From NCBI GenBank assembly GCA_964609145.1, contig CAZSRI010000001.1, positions 21,651-82,346 of the forward strand: a stretch of DNA of 60,696 nt, in the 5' to 3' direction. Position numbers and translations under genes: made by a program. The notes under the pieces were generated by a model. The model did not search any database. It was not told where the DNA came from and saw only the letters and a program-made list of their open reading frames with translations. How positions within the stretch are numbered: the first letter of the stretch is position 1; each line of letters begins with the position of its first letter. Shown here piece after piece: positions 49,813 through 58,366 of this stretch. The stretch comes from an uncultured Chloroflexota bacterium (lineage in GTDB: Bacteria > Chloroflexota > Limnocylindria > P2-11E).

Positions 49813-50516
49813 GCGGCGTCGACCTGAACCTCGTCACCGTCATAGCCGCTGGCCTCATCGACGGCCTGAACCCGTGCGCGATCGCGGTGCTCCTCGTGTT
49901 CGTGTCGGCGACGCTGCTCGCCGTCGGCGCGACGATGGATGGCCCGCTCGGCGGCCGCCGGCGCGCGCTCTTCCGGGGCGGGGCGGCGTATGTGACCGGG
50001 ATGTTCGTCACGTACCTGCTCATCGGGATCGGCCTCATGGGCTTCGCGAGCGCCCTGCGCCAGGACCACGTCGGCACCAAGATCTTCGCCTTCGTCGCGA
50101 TCGGCTGGAGCGTCCTCGCGCTCCAGGAGGCGCTCCTTCCCGAGCTCGGGGAGCGCCTGCGGATGCCGCCGATGCTGCACGCGAGCGCGCAGCGCTGGGT
50201 CGGCCGCGCGTCACTCCCGGGGCTCTTCGTCGCCGGATCGCTCATCGGGCTCTGCACGGTGCCGTGCTCGGGCAACGTGTACCTCGCGGTCCTCGCGCTC
50301 CTCTCCAGCCGCGCGGATCTCGCGCAGGCCATGGGCTACCTCGTCGTCTACAACCTCGCGTTCGTCGTCCCGCTCGTCGTCCTGCTCGGTGCGGCGGCGA
50401 CGCCGATCGCGATGCGGTCGCTCGCGCGCTGGCAGCTCCACAACCGGGCATCGCTGAAGCTCGCCCTGGGCCTCGTGACCGCATTCGTCTCGCTCGCGAC
50501 GCTCGCGACGATCTAG
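49809..50516 (+). CDS. CcdA/DsbD-family thiol:disulfide electron-transfer membrane protein
   Basis: Six TM helices with the two conserved Cys motifs, LIDGLNPCAIAVLL and GLCTVPCSGNVYL. Confidence 0.75.
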   Translation: MSGVDLNLVTVIAAGLIDGLNPCAIAVLLVFVSATLLAVGATMDGPLGGRRRALFRGGAAYVTGMFVTYLLIGIGLMGFASALRQDHVGTKIFAFVAIGWSVLALQEALLPELGERLRMPPMLHASAQRWVGRASLPGLFVAGSLIGLCTVPCSGNVYLAVLALLSSRADLAQAMGYLVVYNLAFVVPLVVLLGAAATPIAMRSLARWQLHNRASLKLALGLVTAFVSLATLATI

Positions 50517-51326
50517 ATGACCATCGACCTCGACCCGGTCATCGTCCACCTCGGCCCGCTCGCGCTCACCTGGTACGGGGTGGCCGTCGCGATCGCCCTC
50601 GTCGTCGGGGTCGCCGTCGCGATGCGCGAGGTGCGCCGAAAGGGCCTGCCCGCCGCCGAGGTGGAGTCGCTCGCGTTCTGGGTCGTCATCGGCGGGTTCG
50701 TCGGGGCCAGGGCGCTCCACGTCATCGACCGCTGGGACCTCTACGCCGCGCAGCCGCACCTGATCCTCGCCGTCTGGAACGGCGGGCTCGCGATCCTGGG
50801 CGCCGTCCTCGGAGGGACGGTCACCGGCGTCGTCGTCGCCTGGCGCCGTCGCCTTCCGGTGCTGCGCATCTCCGATGCCGCGGCGCCCGGCGTCATCCTC
50901 GGGCAGGCCCTCGGCCGTTTCGCGTGCCTCTTCACCGGCGACGCGGTCGGCCTGCCGACCGCCGGCTTCGGCGTGACGTACCTGAACCCCGGCGCGAGGG
51001 TCCCTCAGCTGGGCGTCGCGTACGAGCCGGTCTTCCTGTACGAGATGGCGTGGGATCTCGGCGTGTTCGCGCTCGTGTGGATCCTGCGCGGCCGTCTCCG
51101 CGTGGACGGCGCGCTCTTCGCCCTCTACCTCACGCTGTACGGCATCGGGAAGTTCCTGCTCAGCTACCTGCGCACCGAGACCGTGTGGGTCGCCGGCCTG
51201 CAGGAGGCCCAGCTCCTCGCGCTCCTCGCGTTCGGCGTCGCGACGGCCTGGGCATGGTGGAGCGTGCGCTCGCGTGCGGCGATCTCGGCGTACGTCGCGA
51301 CCGACGCCGGCGAGGCACGGGCGTGA
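50517..51326 (+). CDS. lgt: Prolipoprotein diacylglyceryl transferase (divergent Lgt)
   Basis: Contains LTWYGVAVAIAL, VWNGGLAILGAVLGG, GQALGRF, FLYEMAWDL and YLTLYGIGKFLLSYLRTE. Several canonical residues are substituted (see findings). Confidence 0.7.
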   Translation: MTIDLDPVIVHLGPLALTWYGVAVAIALVVGVAVAMREVRRKGLPAAEVESLAFWVVIGGFVGARALHVIDRWDLYAAQPHLILAVWNGGLAILGAVLGGTVTGVVVAWRRRLPVLRISDAAAPGVILGQALGRFACLFTGDAVGLPTAGFGVTYLNPGARVPQLGVAYEPVFLYEMAWDLGVFALVWILRGRLRVDGALFALYLTLYGIGKFLLSYLRTETVWVAGLQEAQLLALLAFGVATAWAWWSVRSRAAISAYVATDAGEARA

Positions 51327-51380
51327 GCGAGGTCGCTATCGGTACGGGGGGCGCGGCTCTCCGGATCCGCGAGGCCACGC

Positions 51381-52112
51381 GTGAGCGGATCCGCCGCGAC
51401 ATCGGCGCTACGCGAGACTGACCTCGTCGCGGACCGCTCGCCCGTCGCGGCTCCATCCGACGCTGAGCCGCGAACGAAGCATGCTGTGCGCGTGGCGACG
51501 CCAGACCGGCAGGCGCGCCGCCCACTGCGCGTCAGCGTGGCCGGGGAGGAGCGTCTCGTCGTCGCTTCCTTGCGGACCCTCCTCGCCACGCTCCCAGGGA
51601 TCGATGTCGTGGAGATCCGCGCCGATCTGGTCGTCCTGGCGACCGATGGCGAAAGGGCCGGCCCGTGCGTTCGCGGCGCACGCGAACGCGACACCGGGGC
51701 GCAGGTCATCTGCCTCGCGCGCTCATGGGCATCTGACGAGGCCGCCGCCGCCCTCGAGGCCGGGGCGATCGGGTGCCTGCGCACGGACATCTCGCCCGAC
51801 GACCTCTCGGTCGCTCTGCGCCAGGCGGGACGCGGCGAGATCACGCTCCCGGCCGAGCTGATGCGCGGCCTCCTCACCCCCGCGGCCGCGCCTGCCGCCT
51901 CGGGTCTCGCCGCTCTCAGCGAGCGGGAGGTCGAGGTGCTCGCGCTCGTCGCTCACGGCCAGGCGAACAAGGAGATCGCGCAGCACCTGCTGGTGAGCGT
52001 GCGCACCATCGAGCATCACCTCGAGAGCATCTACGCGAAGCTCGGCGTGCGGTCGCGGACGGAGGCCGCTCTTGTGGCGGCGCGTGAGGGCCGGGCCGCA
52101 CCGGACGAGTAG
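51381..52112 (+). CDS. LuxR-family HTH regulator with a degenerate receiver-like N-domain (start uncertain)
   Basis: The C-terminus LSEREVEVLALVAHGQANKEIAQHLLVSVRTIEHHLESIYAKLGV is a LuxR HTH. The N-domain has VSVAGEERLV where a receiver has the DD pair. No partner kinase is adjacent. Confidence 0.65.
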   Translation: MSGSAATSALRETDLVADRSPVAAPSDAEPRTKHAVRVATPDRQARRPLRVSVAGEERLVVASLRTLLATLPGIDVVEIRADLVVLATDGERAGPCVRGARERDTGAQVICLARSWASDEAAAALEAGAIGCLRTDISPDDLSVALRQAGRGEITLPAELMRGLLTPAAAPAASGLAALSEREVEVLALVAHGQANKEIAQHLLVSVRTIEHHLESIYAKLGVRSRTEAALVAAREGRAAPDE

Positions 52113-52161
52113 GCGATCTCCCCTACTGCAGCAGAGGCGAGCGGCCCTCGAAGCGGAACGC

Positions 52162-52815
52162 GTGCCGACGTACATCCGCTTCGTGGTGACCGCTGCGCTT
52201 CCTCGCACCGCGCCCCGGACGCGCCTCGCCCTGTTAGCGACGATCGGCGACCTGCACGGCGCCGTCGTCGGATACGACCTCGCGCATCTACGCGCTTTGG
52301 TCGAAGAGCTCGAGCCCGATCTGCTCGGCGTCGAAGGCGACGCCGAGACGTGGGCGCGCTCGGAGCGCTCGAGCCTGCCGCCCGAGATCCGCGGCGCCCT
52401 CGTCCCCGCCGCGCGGCGCACCGACACGGTCATCGTGCCGCTCGGCGCCTCGTCGCCGCTCGAGCTCGCCCCGCCCGAAGGAGCGCGCCTCCGAAGCGAC
52501 CTGATCCACGTCGCGGAGCAGCTCTCAACGACCCTGCAGCGCGCGGCCGGCACGGCGGACCGCATCAACCACAGCCTGGTCATCCACGTCTGCGGCGCCT
52601 TGTGCACGCTCGAGACGTGGGCGGCGAGCGACGCCGGACGCCGCGGCTGGGAAGAGACCAACGAGCGGCTCCTCGCGAACCTCCTTGCGGCGGTGCGCCG
52701 TGACCCGGGTCGCCGCGTCCTTGCCGCCGTGCACTGCCGCCGCGTGCACTGGCTCGCCGGTCGTCTCAGCGCCTACGCCGGCGAGATGGAGCTCGTCGGC
52801 TACCGGGACCTCTGA
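52162..52815 (+). CDS. Hypothetical protein (parent copy of the remnant at 54185-54310)
   Basis: ORF in frame with GTG 52162. No family was recognised with confidence. A GDLHG motif lies near the N-terminus. Confidence 0.45.
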   Translation: MPTYIRFVVTAALPRTAPRTRLALLATIGDLHGAVVGYDLAHLRALVEELEPDLLGVEGDAETWARSERSSLPPEIRGALVPAARRTDTVIVPLGASSPLELAPPEGARLRSDLIHVAEQLSTTLQRAAGTADRINHSLVIHVCGALCTLETWAASDAGRRGWEETNERLLANLLAAVRRDPGRRVLAAVHCRRVHWLAGRLSAYAGEMELVGYRDL

Positions 52816-52825
52816 GGGCTCGACG

Positions 52826-53698
52826 ATGAATGACCTCGTCATCGCGGATGCGACCGTCCTGACGGTGGACCGAGATGACCGCGTGCTGCGCGACAGCGCG
52901 GTCGCCGTGCACGAGCGCGAGATCGCGGCCATCGGACCGAGCGACGCCGTCCTCGCCGCGCACCCCGAGGCCGAGCGCATCGACGCCCGCGGGATGGTCG
53001 TGCTCCCCGGCCTCGTGAACGGACACCTGCACGCGTTCACCGCGCTCTACAAGGGGACGATGGTCGGCTTCGGCTTCGAGCGGACCGCCGGCGAGGACAC
53101 CGCCTTCTGCGGCATCGCGACACCGGAGGAGATGTACGCGGCGTCGCGTCTCGCCGCCGTCGAGGCGCTCCGCGCCGGCATCACCCTCACGAACGTCGCC
53201 GGCGACTCCCCCTGCTTCGCCGTCGCGGGCGAGACCGCCCGCGCGTTCGGCGAGGCCGGTCTCAAGGCGTTCGTGCAGACGATGCTTGGCGACCGCCTCG
53301 GCCTCCTCCCGCTCGGCGGCGACGCACAGCTCGCCGAGGCCGAGCGTTCGCTGCGCCAGTGGCACGGCGCCTTCGACGGCCGCATCCGCGTCGCCCCCAG
53401 CCCCGCCGCTGAGTTCACCACGTCATATCGGCTCATGCACCGCCTCGCGGAGCTGGCCGAGCGCGAGGGCCTCGTCACCCACATGCACGTCTTCCCGCGC
53501 TGGCCGATGGGCTTCCTGAGCTGGCTGCTGCGCGGCCGCTCGCCGCTCGGGCTCCTGCGCGGAGGCCATCTCCTGAACGACCGGCTCATCGCCGTCCATG
53601 TCCTGGCGGCCACGCGCGGCGGCTGGGAAGAGGGGACCGCACATGTGCTTCTGGCAGCAGCACCACGCCCTCGAGGCCCGCGGAAGGAGAGCGTCACG
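52826..53698 (+). pseudogene. Amidohydrolase-superfamily enzyme (deaminase-like), 3'-truncated
   Basis: Contains the N-terminal metal motif LPGLVNGHLHA and the mid-protein IAVHVLAAT..EEGTAHV. Similarity stops about 290 codons in, roughly 140 codons short of typical family length. There is no stop codon before the next gene. Confidence 0.55.
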
Positions 53699-54169
53699 AT
53701 GAGTATGGCGGCAAGCTCCATCGCGATCGAGAGGCCCATCGCGGAGGTCTTCGACTACGCCGCGACGATCGCCAATTGGGGTGTCATGCATCCCGCGATG
53801 GCCCGGTACCTGGTGGACCCTCCCGACCATCCGACACGCGTCGGCGAGTCGTTCGTCGAGCACACGCCGATGAAGATGGACATCCTGTGGACGGTCACGG
53901 AGTGCACCCGCCCGACGCGCTGGACGGCGCAGGCGCCGATCGGCACACCAGGCAAGGTCTCCTCTCTGGGCGTATTCACATTCAGCTATCAGCTCGCCGT
54001 GACGGATGGGGGGACGCGCTTCGACATGAGCCTCTCCTTCACACCACGGACCTTCCTCGGGAGGCTGATGGACCTTCTCTTCTTCGAAAGAGAGGACCGA
54101 AAAGACGTGACGATGGCGCTGGCTCATCTGAAACACGCGCTGGAGAACGGAGAGAACGCGTGCCACTGA
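53699..54169 (+). CDS. SRPBCC (START/polyketide-cyclase-like) family protein
   Basis: MSMAASSIAIERPIAEVFDYAATIANW... is a typical SRPBCC opening. The RBS GGAAGGAGA lies at 53682-53690. The gene is in frame with the truncated upstream ORF. Confidence 0.65.
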   Translation: MSMAASSIAIERPIAEVFDYAATIANWGVMHPAMARYLVDPPDHPTRVGESFVEHTPMKMDILWTVTECTRPTRWTAQAPIGTPGKVSSLGVFTFSYQLAVTDGGTRFDMSLSFTPRTFLGRLMDLLFFEREDRKDVTMALAHLKHALENGENACH

Positions 54170-54184
54170 CACTGCCCCGGACGC

Positions 54185-54310
54185 ATGATCAGCCGCACGC
54201 GCCTCGCGCTACCGGCGACGGTCGGCGACCTGCACGGCGCGGTCGTCGGGTACGGCCTCGCGCACCTGCGCGCCTTGGTCGAAGAGCTCGTCGGGTATCG
54301 GGACCTGTAG
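54185..54310 (+). pseudogene. Internally deleted remnant (41 codons) of a paralog of 52162..52815
   Basis: The roughly 100 nt up to 54290 (about 54195-54290) align with about 52215-52310 at roughly 85% identity by hand. 54284-54310 aligns with the last 27 nt of the parent (52789-52815). The junction is at the 7-nt repeat GAGCTCG. Confidence 0.75.
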
Positions 54311-54325
54311 GGAAAGGTGTGAGAG

Positions 54326-55195
54326 ATGCGAAAAGAGGCATTCGCGATGCAGACGGTGGACATCGAGGAGCTGGCCGCGCGCATCGCGGCGCCGTGGAAG
54401 ACCGCCGAAGGGGAGGGGCTGCTCGCGCTGATGCCGCCGATGCTCGAGCTGCTGGCGCGCGGCGAGCCGGTCTCGCCGGAGGCGGTCGCCGGCGCGATCG
54501 GGAGGTCGCCGGAACAGGTGCGCGCGGCGCTGGCGCGGCTCGGCGGCGTGGACTGGGACGAGCGGGGCCGGGTGGCCGGCCTGGGGCTGACCCTGCGGCC
54601 GACCCCGCATCGCGTCGATCTGGCGGGGCGGACGGTGTTCGCCTGGTGCGCCCTGGACACGCTGATCTTCCCGGTGCTGTTGGGGGAACCGGTCGCCATC
54701 GAGTCCCCGTGCCGCGCGACGGGCGAGACGGTGCGCGTCGAGGCCACACCCGACGGGGTCGAGGGCGTGCAGCCCACCTCGGCCGTCGTCTCGGTCGTCG
54801 AGCCGCGGGACCTGGCGGGCCTGCGCGGCGCCCTGTGCGAGAACGTGCACTTCTTCCGCTCTGCGCAAGCGGCATCCGGGTGGCTGGAGCGGCACGCGGG
54901 CGCGCGGCTGCTGCCGGTAGCGGAGGCGTTCCGCCTGGGGCGGCTGGTCGCGGAAGACGTCTTCGATGTCTCCCGGCCGACCGCGAGGTCGTCCACACCG
55001 ATCCCTTCGGCGACGCCCTCGCAGGGCCCTTCGGGCTGCGGGACCGGGATCCGGCTCCGAAAGCCCGACGACGAGCAGGTCAGGGCGACCGTGAGGAGTG
55101 ACGGCGCGGAGGTGGCACCGCCGATCCTGGACCTGGTTCCTCAGCCGGCGCTCAGCCCTTCTCAAGCGCGGGATCGGCTCGAGGGAGGACGGTAG
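54326..55195 (+). CDS. merB: Organomercurial lyase (MerB-like) with a ~75-aa low-complexity C-terminal extension
   Basis: FAWCALDTLIFP holds the Cys/Asp catalytic pair. A second Cys lies in ESPCRATGE and CENVHFF is also present. The tail RPTARSSTPIPSATPSQGPSG... has no family resemblance. Confidence 0.7.
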   Translation: MRKEAFAMQTVDIEELAARIAAPWKTAEGEGLLALMPPMLELLARGEPVSPEAVAGAIGRSPEQVRAALARLGGVDWDERGRVAGLGLTLRPTPHRVDLAGRTVFAWCALDTLIFPVLLGEPVAIESPCRATGETVRVEATPDGVEGVQPTSAVVSVVEPRDLAGLRGALCENVHFFRSAQAASGWLERHAGARLLPVAEAFRLGRLVAEDVFDVSRPTARSSTPIPSATPSQGPSGCGTGIRLRKPDDEQVRATVRSDGAEVAPPILDLVPQPALSPSQARDRLEGGR

Positions 55196-55200
55196 CGGCG

Positions 55201-56301
55201 ATGTCGCTCGCCTTGCGCAACCTCGGCCAAGACCGGACCCGCCTCCTCCTCAGCATCGCCGGGGTGTCGCTCGCGGTCATGCTCGTCCTGCTCCTCTCGG
55301 GGTTCGTCGACGGCATCGACGCGCAGGTCGGCCAGTACGCCGACCGCACGCCGGGGTCGATCGTCGTCGCGCAGAAGGACATCAACACGCTCCTGGTCGC
55401 GACATCGACCCTGCCCCCCGGCGCCGAGGAGGCGGCTCGCGGCGTCGACGGCGTCGCCGACGTCGTGCCCATCGTGTCGCGCATCACCATCCTCGACCTG
55501 CACACGGCCAAGCTCGCCGCGTACCTGATCGGGTACGACGCCGCGAAGGGCGGCGGCCCGTGGCGGATCACCGAGGGGCGGGAGCCCGCCGCCGACGACG
55601 AGATCGTCGTCGACCGTTCGATCGCCGTTCGCCACGGTCTGGCCCTCGGTGGCGACGTCGACGTGCTCGGGACCCGCTTCCGCATCGTTGGCATCTCGCG
55701 CGGAGTGACGACCTGGATGCTGTCGTACGTCTTCGTCCGCCTGAGCGCGGCCGAGACGCTGCTCCGCGCGCCCGGGATCGCCAGCTACCTGCTCGTCTCG
55801 CCGGCCGACGGGACGGACGCGACGGCGCTCCGGGACCGGCTCCGCGCTCTGCCGGGGATGACGGCGGAGCTGAAGCCGGCGATGGTCGAGAACGACCGTC
55901 GCTTCTTCACCCGCTACTTCACTCCACCCATCCGGCTCATGGCGGCGATCGCGTTCCTCGTCGGCGCGCTCGTCGTCGGCATCGTCCTGTACAGCGCGAC
56001 CATCGAGCGCCGGCGCGAGTACGGCGTCCTCAAGGCCATCGGCGCGCGCGGGCGCCTGCTCTACCGCGTCACGCTGACCCAGGCCGCCGTGGTCACGGCG
56101 GCAGGCGCGGCGATCGGCATCGCCGTCGCGTTCGGCGCCGCGCGGCTGATCGTGGAAGCGCGTCCGCAGTTCCTCATCGAGTACACGCTTCCCACGGTCG
56201 CCGCGGCGCTCGCCGCCGGCGGCGCGATGGCGCTCCTCGCGACCCTCCTCCCGGCGCGCGTCATCGCCGCGACGGCACCGGCGGACGTGTTCCGGAGATA
56301 G
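55201..56301 (+). CDS. ABC transporter permease, FtsX/MacB-type (1 of 2)
   Basis: MSLALRNLGQDRTRLLLSIAGVSLAVMLV, then a ~230-aa extracytoplasmic domain and three C-terminal TM helices. Confidence 0.8.
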   Translation: MSLALRNLGQDRTRLLLSIAGVSLAVMLVLLLSGFVDGIDAQVGQYADRTPGSIVVAQKDINTLLVATSTLPPGAEEAARGVDGVADVVPIVSRITILDLHTAKLAAYLIGYDAAKGGGPWRITEGREPAADDEIVVDRSIAVRHGLALGGDVDVLGTRFRIVGISRGVTTWMLSYVFVRLSAAETLLRAPGIASYLLVSPADGTDATALRDRLRALPGMTAELKPAMVENDRRFFTRYFTPPIRLMAAIAFLVGALVVGIVLYSATIERRREYGVLKAIGARGRLLYRVTLTQAAVVTAAGAAIGIAVAFGAARLIVEARPQFLIEYTLPTVAAALAAGGAMALLATLLPARVIAATAPADVFRR

Positions 56302-56305
56302 GCGG

Positions 56306-57418
56306 ATGCTTCTTCTCGCGTTCCGGAACCTCGTGCAGAGCCGCACTCGACTCATGGTGTCCGTCGGCGGCGTCGCCCTTGCGCTCATGCTCATCCTCTC
56401 GCTCGACGCGATCTTCGTCGGCATGGAGTCGGCGCTCACGGCCTACATCGACAAGACGGGCGCGGACGTGTTCGTCGCCCAGTCCGGAGTGCGGAACATG
56501 CACATGGCCGCCACCGCCCCCCCCGCGCGCGCGGCCGACGGGGTGAAGGCGGTCGACGGAGTGGACGTCGTCACGCCGATCGAGTACGAGGCGAACTCCA
56601 TCACGCTCGACGGCCGGGACTTCATCGCCTACCTCATCGGCGTGCCACCCGACGGGGTGCTCGGCCGGCCGACGACGGTCGCCGAGGGGACGGCCGAGCT
56701 CCGACCGGGCCAGGCCATCGTCGACGGAGTGGCGGCGCGCCCCGCGGCGACGGTCGGCGCGGACATGCGCATCCTGGGACGCGACTTCCGCATCGCCGGC
56801 GTGTCGACCGGGCTCTCGAGCATCTTCAATTCCATCGTCATCGTGCGCTCGGACGAGTTCCCGACCTACGGAGCACCGGACACGATCCAGTACGTCCTCG
56901 TCCGCGCGCGTCCCGGCGTGGGCGCGGCGACCCTCGCGTCCCGCATCGAGGAGCAGGTGCCGGGCGTCTCCGCGACGACGCGCCAGGACTTCGGGCGGCA
57001 GGAGATCAAGGTCATCAACGACATGGCGGCCGACATCGTCGCCGTCATGAACGTGATCGGCTTCGTCATCGGCCTCGCCGTCATGGCGCTGACCGTGTAC
57101 ACGGCGACGGTCGCGCGTCGTGCGGAATACGGCGTGCTCAAGGCGCTCGGCGCGACGACCGGACGGCTCTGCCGCTCCGTGATCGCCCAGGCCGCGATCA
57201 CGGTCGTCCTCGGCCTCACGGGCGGCCTCGTCTTCACGCTGATCGTGGCGCTGGCGGCGCCCCGGCTGGGTGTCGCGCTCGCGCTGGCGATCTCGCCCGC
57301 GTCCCTGGCGAAAGCGGCGGGCGTGTCGCTCGCGATCGCCGCGATGGCCGCGGTCCTCCCGGTGCTGCAGATCGCTCGGATCGACCCGGCGATGGTGTTC
57401 CGAAGGAGGCTGGCATGA
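56306..57418 (+). CDS. ABC transporter permease, FtsX/MacB-type (2 of 2)
   Basis: MLLLAFRNLVQSRTRLMVSVGGVALALMLI, with the same architecture as the first permease. The stop overlaps the next ATG (57415). Confidence 0.8.
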   Translation: MLLLAFRNLVQSRTRLMVSVGGVALALMLILSLDAIFVGMESALTAYIDKTGADVFVAQSGVRNMHMAATAPPARAADGVKAVDGVDVVTPIEYEANSITLDGRDFIAYLIGVPPDGVLGRPTTVAEGTAELRPGQAIVDGVAARPAATVGADMRILGRDFRIAGVSTGLSSIFNSIVIVRSDEFPTYGAPDTIQYVLVRARPGVGAATLASRIEEQVPGVSATTRQDFGRQEIKVINDMAADIVAVMNVIGFVIGLAVMALTVYTATVARRAEYGVLKALGATTGRLCRSVIAQAAITVVLGLTGGLVFTLIVALAAPRLGVALALAISPASLAKAAGVSLAIAAMAAVLPVLQIARIDPAMVFRRRLA

Positions 57419-58338
57419 CCACGACCGTTCCCGCTCCGACGACGAGCGCCCCGACCCTCCGGGTCAGCGGCGTCACCAAGCGCTACGGCGAGGGCGCGAC
57501 CGAGGTGCTCGCCGTCCGTGACGTCTCGCTCGAGGTCGCGCCCGGCGAGATCGTCCTGATCATGGGTCCCTCCGGATCCGGGAAGACGACGCTCCTGCTC
57601 ATGCTCGGCGCGCTGCTGCGTCCCTCGGCGGGCACGATCCAGCTCGACGGGACGGTGCTGACCTCGCTCGCGGAAGGCAGGCTCCCCGACATCCGCCTGC
57701 GACGCTTCGGGTTCATCTTCCAGGACTTCAACCTGCTGTCGGCGCTCACCGCTCTGCAGAACGTGGCCATCGTGGCGGAGATGGCGGGGGCGCGTGGCAA
57801 GGAAGCTCGTGCTCGGGCAGCCAAGATCCTGACCGAGCTCGGCCTCGGGCAGCGGCTGCGCTTCCTCCCCGAGAAGCTCTCCGGGGGCGAGAAGCAGCGC
57901 GTCGCCATCGCGCGGGCGCTGGTGAACGATCCGACGTTCATCCTCGCGGACGAGCCGACCGCCAACCTCGACTCGAAGATCGGCCACGAGATCATGCGGC
58001 TCCTGCGCCGGGTCGCGAAGGAGCAGGGGCGCTCGATCGTCATCGTGTCACACGACCAGCGCATCAAGGACATCGCCGACCGCGTCCTCTGGCTGGAGGA
58101 CGGCGCCTTCAAGGAGGCGACGGCGATGGTCGTCGACCCGGTGTGCCAGATGCGCGTCGAAGACGACACCGCGGTGCACGCGGTCTGGGACGGCGAGCGC
58201 TTCAGCTTCTGCTCGCGCGGCTGCCGCGACGAGTTCCTCGCGGCGCCCTACCGCTCCTTCGCGGACGCGGAGGCGTCCGGACGGCACCGGGCGGCACTGC
58301 GCGATGCGGTCCGTCACGAGGCGGTCCTCGAGCGATGA
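57415..58338 (+). CDS. ABC transporter ATP-binding protein (MacB/LolD-like NBD) fused to a C-terminal YHS/TRASH domain
   Basis: Contains GPSGSGKTTLL, LSGGEKQRVAIARAL and ILADEPTANLD. After residue ~235 comes VVDPVCQMRVEDDTAVHAVWDGERFSFCSRGCRDEFLAAP. Confidence 0.8.
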   Translation: MTTTVPAPTTSAPTLRVSGVTKRYGEGATEVLAVRDVSLEVAPGEIVLIMGPSGSGKTTLLLMLGALLRPSAGTIQLDGTVLTSLAEGRLPDIRLRRFGFIFQDFNLLSALTALQNVAIVAEMAGARGKEARARAAKILTELGLGQRLRFLPEKLSGGEKQRVAIARALVNDPTFILADEPTANLDSKIGHEIMRLLRRVAKEQGRSIVIVSHDQRIKDIADRVLWLEDGAFKEATAMVVDPVCQMRVEDDTAVHAVWDGERFSFCSRGCRDEFLAAPYRSFADAEASGRHRAALRDAVRHEAVLER

Positions 58339-58366
58339 CGCGCGACGCTCGCCGCTCGGCCGCCGC

